From: Tubiluchus corallicola
Lineage: Eukaryota > Animalia > Priapulida
Direction: 5' to 3'
Assembly (NCBI GenBank): GCA_030141605.1
Contig: JAQGDQ010000034.1
Span: forward strand, 744,001-808,000
DNA: 64,000 nucleotides
The first letter of the stretch is position 1. The number at the start of each line of letters is the position of its first letter. A program made the position numbers and the translations under genes. This document shows, one piece after another, positions 55,201-64,000 of the stretch. Under the pieces are notes generated by a model, which made no database searches, had not been told where the DNA came from, and saw only the letters and a list, made by a program, of their open reading frames with translations.

Positions 55201-58200
55201 TGCAAAGTGCTGTAGGTGTTGTACTTTGTTTCTTCGTTGTGCTTTTACTTTCTCGAAATACGGAGTTATTTTAGCAGTTAACACCTTTACGTTATCAGCC
55301 AATTTATTTATAATATCGTTAGTAAAAACCTAAATCACCGAAAAGCAACAAAATTATGGAAGACACGAGAAATATCATGTCTAAAAAAAGTCATGCAAAG
55401 GAAAGTAAAAAAACATTTCTAGTATGTGGAAAGACTAGTTGAATTAAAAAAGAAACGAAAAATAAACAAAACACAGAAATAGTCAATCACAGCTGCTACA
55501 TAACTACATAAATTAAGTACTACCAGTGCAAGTCTGTGAGATAAAATAAAATTCTGCGTACAACAAAAACTGATTTTCGCATAACAAAGCAAAAAAGACT
55601 ACGGTGCTATCAGCCTAGTGAAGCAAAAACCAAAGCATCAGTAAAAGCCAGATATGAGCAGAACCTTTTAGACCAAAGAAAGCATCAGAAAGGCAACTGT
55701 AATATGTGAATTACACCTTACACGGAGGACAGAAATCCCTAATCTGATGAAACACCACAGCTTTATGCTAGAAATTAATGCAACAAAAGCTATTATTTCC
55801 TAAATTTGTGTTAGCAGAAGCATTGATTCAGGTTTATTCAAATCATTAAAACTAAATCATAAAACTGCAAATTTCTATCAGCATACGTAGTGCAAACTAC
55901 AGAGTTAGTTTGTCGAAAATCGAGGTTGTGTTAGAATGTTAGCGAGTGCTCAAAAGTGCGTGTTCAAATTTACCAGCTTTGACTCTTTTAACAGTTTCCT
56001 CTCAGCCCTCCTTTCTGCTTTCAGCCTTTCCTTTTCCTAGCAATTAAACAGAAACTTTGCTTCAGCACTAAATAAATGGCAAACAGGCAAGGGAAATAAA
56101 AAGTATGCAAGTACAGGAACTAGAACAATGAAATAAGAAACAAAGTTACAGCCAAGAAAACATTCCTGAATTGTTCTACGAAACTTCAGTTTCTTTGAAA
56201 AGAGAAAATGAAATGCATCCACATACAAATATGCCAGATAAAGTAAAATTTTAATTATAGATATATTCTAAATTTAATTATAAATATTCCAGGATTACGA
56301 ATTTTAACAACAAAATATGATATTGGGTAAAGCAAACAAATTGATGACTGGTAACCAATAAAAAACAGTCTAAGAAATGAAGTTAGCTTTAAGCTTAGTT
56401 TACAGAAATGTAGTTTAGGAACGAAGGTAAAAACAGGTGTAAACCAGTGACAAAGGGTGTCACCTTTCCAATATGTCCAATTATCTGTAAATATCATAAT
56501 TTAACCAACTAACTCGCAAAAGTCCATTTGATGGCATACCATATGTCAACATATTACCAATCAGCAAAGTACAATTATATTTATAAATTTAAATATGCAG
56601 TTACAGTTTAAAGTTATTGAAATACCATCTGCAGACAAGAAACGTGAGTAATCATGAGTTTAAGCCTCTTTAACACTAAAGCCAGAAACTAAAAAAGGCT
56701 GCTTTTGCTAAAGATTAGGTTGAAAAACACAAGAACATCAATAAGAAATAAGAAATCTTTAGGCAGAAAATCTTGCAGCCAACATAAAATTTACCACTAC
56801 TTCTAGGAAGAAGGGAAGCCGTCACTTTGTTTTTAGTACTAACCATGTCACTGAATAAATTGACAAATAATCCTAATGGTTATCAAGTATGTATAAGTAA
56901 AAATAAACGATTTTTGGATAATCTTTACTCTTGATTTATTAAACCAATTATTATATATTATCTTCACATATATATTTTACACATACATGCAGACTGAAGT
57001 TACACAACAGCAACTCACATCACAAGAACATAAACAACGTAGTAATCGTACCTCCTGTTTTTTCCTAGTTTCCAACGCCCTTACGAGCATCATGTGCTGC
57101 TTCCTACGCTCTCTTTCCTGAAAAAAGAATATAGCTAGGTTCGTTAGAAATTTCAGAAGGTTAACACATTACTAGTACGAAGATAATGCGATGAAATGAT
57201 ATCTCACATTTTGCAAAAAATATAAAAACCAAATAAATGAAACAATTGACTGTGGAGTATTTCTCAACTTGGGATTTTTGCAAAGTCACTTGTAAAGCAA
57301 CTATGATATTAAGGATACGTTCACACATACAGAATTCACAGTAATGTTCACACACAAAAAAGACAATAACAGCAATGCAATACGAGCAAAAGCATGCCGA
57401 CTCACAGAGATGACAGCAAGGTTGTGAAATTTTCATTGTGAAAATTGCTGTTAGTATAGAGTTTACCTACAAGAAATACTTAGAATTAGAATTATGCAAT
57501 TATTAGCGTTTGCACTAGTAGATCACACTACACCAGGACAATTAATTAGACATGTAATCAAACGCTACTGTGAATACATACCATGTTGAACATGATGAGT
57601 AGCTGGCGACGTCTTTCCCGCTCCTGAAGCGCATGAAAGCAAGCAGATCTACGTTAGTTACATGCAACACTAAGTGACATTAGCGAAGGATAGTGCTAAC
57701 CACACACATACTGGATTAGGTGCAAGCATTGAAAGCATTTAAAGATAGCCTCCATTGCTCAACGGAACAGGACATTTCATTGTATAACCACAAAGAAATC
57801 ACAGCAAGCAAAAAGCATCAGTTAGGCTGACCCAAATCAGTAAGACTGTCAGTAAAAAGTATTTTCAAAGGCAAAAATAAAAATATCAGTAATAGACAGG
57901 ATTTAAACAAACAATAATTCTAAAAATAAACTATTATAGCCAAGACAATACAACTTTGTTAAAACTTCCGATACACATAGTCAAAAATCACGCCAAACGC
58001 TTTATGTGCTTATGATAAAAAATAAACTCTTATTTGCAAATTTTTTGCTACGACAGCTTAAACACCAAATCAGCAGAATGTACGATTTGCAGAAATGGCT
58101 AAAATTATGAAATGTCAAAGATTTAGGGCACGTTAGTGAAAAAAGCGATCTTCACTTTGTATGCAGTTACTCACTAATGAAAAAAAGAAACAGAAAACTT

Positions 58201-59814
58201 TGAAGATAACAAAAACTTGACAGATGAACTCACCTGATGCTTCAGGAGCACGGCCTGTTGTCTCTTGATCTCCCTCTCCTGTAGGAACAACACGTAAAAA
58301 AACAACAGGTCAACGCATATTTGTAAGAGACAGACGTTTTGAATAAAAGAAAGCAAATTAGGTTACATGCTATAAACCAGGGGTGTGCAAACTGCGGCCC
58401 GCCGAGAGATCTTGTGCAGCCCGCGAAGAGGTTTGTCAACGTAATGCAAGTCCGGCCCATGCGATCCAGCTGAAGTCTGCACCAATATCGCAAAGATAGT
58501 GCGGGTAGTTTTTCGTCTAGATCGGATGGCATTAACCCTTACAAAACCATTGTCACTGTCGGACGAAATATATGGTTTTTAATACAAATTTTAATAACTT
58601 CTAAAATAGTTTCTTGGGTGTAGTAGTGCAGTAGTAATGATGTGCGCAAATCGGATGCAAATAAAATCGTTATTAGGTCCTACTGTACTTGGCTCCTTGA
58701 CCAAACTGCTTGTGGCCCACAGGAATTACAGGAACGTTTAATGTGGCCCGGCTAGTCAGATAATTTGCACACCCCTGCTATAAACAAAGGGCAATGCTTC
58801 CATGCAATCAGTTAAACAATTAATAACTACAACAACAACTACGTGTTTAAGTAATATTTGCTAGTGACAGTAACAGAGTTCTTTGGGCTGTACAAACAAC
58901 CATAACTATAGCTAAGAATGCAGATTACAATTCACACTGCATGACATCAAACAGAAAGAATTTAAGGAGCGTAGATTTTGGTGTGCTTTCATTACTGTCA
59001 AATATCTATTTATTTAGCTTAGTATTGACACAAGCCGAATGTCACGACGAATCAAAATTGAACGAAAATGTGAACACATTTCTTAATAGAGCTTGGGTAA
59101 GACAAACTACATAGCGTTTTTATAATGTAGGGCATTTTTGGCATCGAACGTAGAAAGGTATCTGAAAGCAATCCTGGCTCATAGAATAGTCACATTGGCT
59201 GCGGTGTGAAATCACATTCTGCAGGTGCTGCCCTCTGTTATCTGGATTCCTCAATAATTTAAAATGGCAAATCTTTACATAAGCAATCTTACTAGAGCAA
59301 ATAGTGAGATGACGACTTGCAAGTTACGTTACCCAGTGTTTAAATGTTATCGACAGGTATCTTGATAACATAACATATTTCACTTTTTACTAAGCAAACG
59401 TTTAGGCTTTCTACAGATTCAAAACCAGAAGCAAAAGAAAACACAACACAGCAAACAGTACTACACAAACAAATACAATTCAGGCAACACCAAGCTCAGC
59501 CATGTTTCGGTATCAAGAGCAAAACAATGTGTACAGTACAGCGCTAGAAACTTCCCAAATGGAAGCAATAATATTTTAACAAAAAAGAAGAACGGTTACT
59601 CATACTACTCCTACTCAGTTGAACACTGATATAAGACAGGCCTTATAACAAACATTGTTGTGACAAAATGCACTTTTTAACACAGACCTGAGCTTTCTTC
59701 ATAGCTTCAGCAAGTCGCTTTCGCTGTACGTCCTCCATGCGTTTACGTCGCGCCTATACATGCAAACAGCAACGGGTTAAACATGCACATATCCACAACA
59801 TCGTCATCATCATC

Positions 59815-59848
<34 letters not shown>

Positions 59849-62800
59849 TCATCATGCGTATTATGTAAGTTATATAAAAAGCAAAAGCAAGCAACTACAG
59901 TAAGAAGTAAACATCAGTTGCATTCGCTGAAAGCATGCAAAAAGCTGTGACATTTAAGTTCTTGGAAAACACTTCCCTCTCGATTGTATAATGGATTATT
60001 TTCATGCATAAATTTTCCGCTATTTCACACGGTACATTGCAAGTCACTTTAGCTGCTAGCATTTGTACAAGGCATACAAAAACTCGAAGTCTCGTTTCAC
60101 TGGGATATTGTACATCCTACATTTACTTAATTCTGATGAATATTAATTCTGATGCGCATGAAAGTTTCCCTTTGTTTGCTGCAATAACAATATTTTCTGT
60201 CGTACACACAAAAATAAAAAATCACACGTATTAAAGTCTCTACGCCAAGGGCCAAAATGTTTCTGATTTTTTTTAACAAAACGACCCAGCAGTTTAGGAT
60301 TTTCAATACTTCTAGTGCCTAAGCACCAAAGCTGTCACAGGCCATGTCCCTACCTCTATCAACTGCTGTGCTCTCATTTCCTTCTCCATTCGTAACTGCT
60401 CCTGCCGTTGAAACTTTTGCTGCTGCCGCATCAATCTGATGTGATCCTTCTGCCTCCGCAGTTCAGCATCTGCAAAAGAGAAATCTAATAATTACATACG
60501 TACCACATGGAATGACCATTTTAAATTATTGACAACTGTCTTTTCTGATAAATAAATCGTTTAAAGCGGTAAGTGTCATGTTTAGTAATAACTTTATAAG
60601 GAAAGTTTTTTGGAAAATTCTTTAAATTCTCTTTTCTTCCCCTGTAAATAAGGTGTTAGTGCTGGTCCCACTTATTCAAGTACAGTGCTACAGTGACCTG
60701 AAATGACTCCTACTTACTTACATATGGTGAGAATAAGCATTTGGTGCAATAAAATTAGCCTTCAAAAATGCTAGAGTGTAGACAAACTATGCTGACACAC
60801 AATGACAGAAAATATTATACATTCACAGCTTGACAAGTGATAAAAACCATGTACTGAAAAACCATCATTACATTGCAACCAAGTTTTACAATAACAAGTG
60901 TTTTATCAGAATACTGAAATAAAATTATAGTACGTTTTGAGACTGTCGATTCGGAATGAGTCTTTGGCTGAAATTTACAATTCCCACACACAACAAACTA
61001 GTTCGTGCAGCGAATGAGGATTAGGGTTAGGGCTGCAGTTGGGGTTAGTGTTAGGGATAGAGCTAAGGTATTTAAATTAAGTGAGGAATTGTCAACTCCT
61101 TCAAAGTCTTTTATTCAAACTATACTAGATTTTTACTTGAATGATTTAAACTGAATAAACGATTTTGTAAAGAAATTTTCTACTAGAGTCCACAAACGTA
61201 CCTCGTATTCGTTTAGTTTCATGCGCCACTTCCAGAAGGCGCTGCTGTGCCAATCGTTTGCACAGACGCATATCTTCTTCCCGCCTCTGTACTTCTGCGC
61301 ATAAAAACGAATTCAAAATCATTTGCCAGCAAAACAAGTATCAGAATGAAACCTGAAGTCCGTTATGTTAATTATGTAACAATAAGCCTGGCAAAATTTG
61401 CCAAAAAAGCAAAGAAATGGTATATTTTTCGCAAGCCGTAAGACGCAAGTGCAAAATACGCTTACAATTTAGTTACCATCACTTAGATGACAAACAACTT
61501 ACACAATGAAACAAAAATATCAAAAAACAATCATTAAAAGGCACATCTAATCAATAAAAGCCATAAAGAAGTTACAAAAAATAAAATCAATTCTATTAAA
61601 CAGTGAAGTATTCAACTCCGTATAAGCAACAAAATGATAAATACAACAAATAATTGCACTAATTCGTGCACTATCTAAAGTGATTATAAATTTTTGCATA
61701 CTACCTAATATAAAGCATGCTTGTAATGTAAAAGCAGCTAAAACAAAAATGCTATGCGAAATAAATAAAAAACTACGACACTTACTGGCTGGCCTACCTT
61801 CCTGCAACCTTGGCCTAACACTCCAAGAGTGACTGACGCGTCGTCGACCTCCCCGTGGCTTTGCACTGCCCACTTTGCGCAGCTTCCGTGCGCGATATTC
61901 CTCAATACGGGCTATGATCTCTTCCTCATTCAGTACTAGGTAACCCTATTTATAAAACACAATTCCAAGTATTCAATATGAAGGAATAACAAACACCATG
62001 GCTGGATCTCAGCTTGTAAAGAATCTGTGTAAAAAGATTCGTAGATAACATTGACAAATAAAGTTTTTTTTATGCACCATGGCCTTTCACAACCTCTTCC
62101 AGACCAATGTTAGTTTCTTCGATTCTTCTCAGGGCATTTGAATGTTTGGGTGAAATTGATATTTCCAAGAAACTTTCAGTAGAAAAATCTCTTTAAACAA
62201 GACTACACAGTCCGCTATAACTAGAGGAGAGTTTTTGTGGAAAATCTGTAATTCCCTTTTGATTACTATTAGTCGTCATAATAATTGAAAAGCTCCAAAA
62301 TATAGTGAATTAACAAAGTAAATTTGCATAAAATTGCAATATTACAACCACATGTTTTGTTAACTGATGTTGTATTTCATCAAGTACAGAGCAAATTCCT
62401 ACCGAGATAATTTGATAAACAGCGGCAATTCACAGCTGCCATATTTTTACCTGTCCATCAGCTTGGGGGTCCAGGAATTCTCCTACATTGATCTTGGTGC
62501 TAAAACTGAAATTATCCCGACTGATGTCAGTGATGCTGTTCTTATCTAAGTACTGCAAAATCAAAATATAAAAACAGAAATGTAAAATAGCAGGTAAAAG
62601 ATGCAGCAAAGGTATTCCCTAGTATAATCTAAAGGTATTCCCTAGTATAATCTAAAGGTATTCCCTAGTATAATCTAAAGGTATTCCCTAGTACAATCTT
62701 AGAGATAGACTGAGATACAGTTTATTTTAACAATTCCAAATAAGATGTTTTTCTTACATTACACAATAGGTAAGAATAAATGTATGCAATTACCCGTTGG

Positions 62801-63528
62801 ACTTCGGGATACGTCTTCATTTTTTTACCACACGGAGCAAAATACAGAACCTCTCCTCGCACGCCACTCATGCTTAGAGCTCGAATCTTAGTTTGCCGAC
62901 GCCATCTGAAGAGTAAAATAAAAGTCAAATCACTGACATGACAGATAACACAGAACACGATTTTTACAAATTTGTTTAATAACCAAAAGTATCTGGCGAA
63001 CAAAAACATTCCCAAGCTCCAAAGTGTGCCTCAAGATCCGCACGAAAGTCAATAGTCAATAGTTTAATTTTTAACACTCTTTGTTCACATTACTCAACAT
63101 AAAAAGTAGACCTAACACGAAAACTGAAAACTAAATTGATGCAAACAGAGATTTTGAAAGCCTAAAATTGCTTTCTAAGAAAGACTGCTTGCTGAGTCAT
63201 GGTCTCAAAACATCTTGAAAGTTGCAGATTTCGTATAGAACTTCATCTCTTGAACACAAGTTGTGCACAACACTACATAAAGTATAATTTCAGTTCAGAT
63301 GCTCAAATAATCCCTCGATAACTTTCATCAGTCCACCTTTAATAACAACAACAACTTGCCCGTATTCCAAAGGAATCCTGACTTCACGTTCGTCGCGTAA
63401 GATTCGACGTCGTTTCCGCAAAGACGGTGACCCATATTCGGCAGTGCGCTTGAGAGGCGATGATGCTCCATCCTCACTCAAGCGGCTCTGCTGGGACGCG
63501 TTGGCATCTGTGCTGTAACCAGCAGATT
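43248..63528 (-). CDS. BAZ2B: Bromodomain adjacent to zinc finger 2 (BAZ2B/BAZ2A/Toutatis)-like, 5'-partial spliced gene
   Basis: Minus-strand exons: 63528-63360, 62905-62794 and 62552-62451 (MBD/TAM, GWRRQTKIR...YFAPCGKKMKTYPEV), 61945-61786, 61294-61202, 60468-60354, 59753-59688, 58278-58234 (EREIKRQQAVLLKHQ), 57623-57582 (candidate cassette), 57117-57052, 56036-55974, 54602-54413 (DDT), 53981-53842, 52486-52269, 51509-51435, 50363-50111, 49462-49175, 49055-48176 (FGQDRYKRRYW), 47469-47310, 47156-46981, 46879-46034 (WEKSIMKV), 45653-45507 (PHD1), 45289-45134 (PHD2), 44741-44569, 44185-44042 and 43404-43248 (bromodomain, FNEDDSEVGIAGHRMRHFF, TGA). The start lies beyond the window. Confidence 0.93.
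50967..51409. repeat. 74-bp tandem repeat, 6 near-identical copies
   Basis: TTAGGAAACATTAGGAAAACAATCAGAACAACATTCGAAC... starting at 51041, 51115, 51189, 51263 and 51337, plus a first copy at 50967. Confidence 0.97.
52712..52864. repeat. 36-bp tandem repeat, about 4 copies
   Basis: GAGCAATATTACATCAAAGTACTGCTGAAAAACAAT. Confidence 0.95.
53441..53501. repeat. 22-bp tandem repeat, about 3 copies
   Basis: AATGATTATATGTGGAAGAAAC. Confidence 0.9.
54628..54749. repeat. 20-bp tandem repeat, about 6 copies
   Basis: GTACA(A/C)GTGAAGCCAACACG. Confidence 0.93.
58378..58777. mobile_element. hAT-like MITE
   Basis: CAGGGGTGTGCAAA ... TTTGCACACCCCTG with a perfect 8-bp TSD CTATAAAC. Confidence 0.9.
59798..59855. 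repeat. (CAT)n/(CAC)n compound microsatellite
   Basis: Directly visible; intronic in BAZ2. Confidence 0.92.
60974..61100. repeat. Short element with an internal degenerate (TTAGGG)n tract, copy 2
   Basis: TTTACAATTCCCACAC ... TTAGGG variants ... GTGAGGAATTGTCAA (imperfect inverted termini). Confidence 0.7.
62608..62699. repeat. 23-bp tandem repeat, 4 copies
   Basis: AAAGGTATTCCCTAGTATAATCT. Confidence 0.95.
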
Positions 63529-64000
63529 CTGCAAGAAAGACAACGGTCAAGAGAAAAAAGCAGAGTCAAACTGCAAGCAAATATAAAAAAAGCATGTTAG
63601 GATGGACTACACTCTGGAAAGGTTTATGTCATGATTGAAAATGAAATTGAATCATTTACGAAGATTACTTATAAGCATTTCCTGGAAGAATTATTTCGTC
63701 ACTTATGGGTAACAATAGTCTCCAAAACGTGTTGCATAGGATGAACATGCTTAAATCATTCCACTGCAGTTTGATATCGCCTCACACGTCAACATCTTAT
63801 ACAATTTATCACAAGTGAAAATCCAACCCTCGGTGGAAAACAGTTTACTTAAGAGGATTGTTATGGATCTTACTGTATAAAAAACTGTCTTCTAACATGA
63901 GACGCCAAACCTACAAAAACGTCTTAACCACGTTCGGACACGCATATATCCTCTGTCAACGATGTAAGTAGCCAGATTCCATATGACGAAAACTGTGCGT

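Overview
AT-rich, intron-rich eukaryotic DNA from an invertebrate animal; the gene content and compact structure suggest a tunicate-like chordate (inference). Three spliced protein-coding genes can be built exon by exon. (1) A complete SWI/SNF core subunit, SMARCC1/2 (BAF155/170)-like, on the minus strand (29321 to 3970, 22 exons, one GC-AG intron). (2) A complete coatomer zeta gene (COPZ) on the plus strand (31060 to 39714, 7 exons), head-to-head with SMARCC. (3) The 3' part of a BAZ2B/Toutatis-like gene on the minus strand (63528 to 43248; MBD/TAM, DDT, WHIM/WSD, two PHD fingers, bromodomain), which continues beyond the window. Introns hold many MITEs (Tc1/mariner-, hAT-, Kolobok- and Harbinger-like), LINE remnants, a tRNA-derived SINE and local tandem repeats. 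The most notable observations are: an apparently young 551-bp SINE3-type element in COPZ intron 5 (full-length 5S rRNA head, structured GC-rich body, 9-bp TSD); a decayed duplicate of the BAZ2 terminal bromodomain exon with a purifying-selection-like substitution pattern; candidate alternative first, terminal and cassette exons; and adjacency of three genes whose human paralogues all lie at 12q13. No prokaryotic system, CRISPR array or intact transposase was seen.
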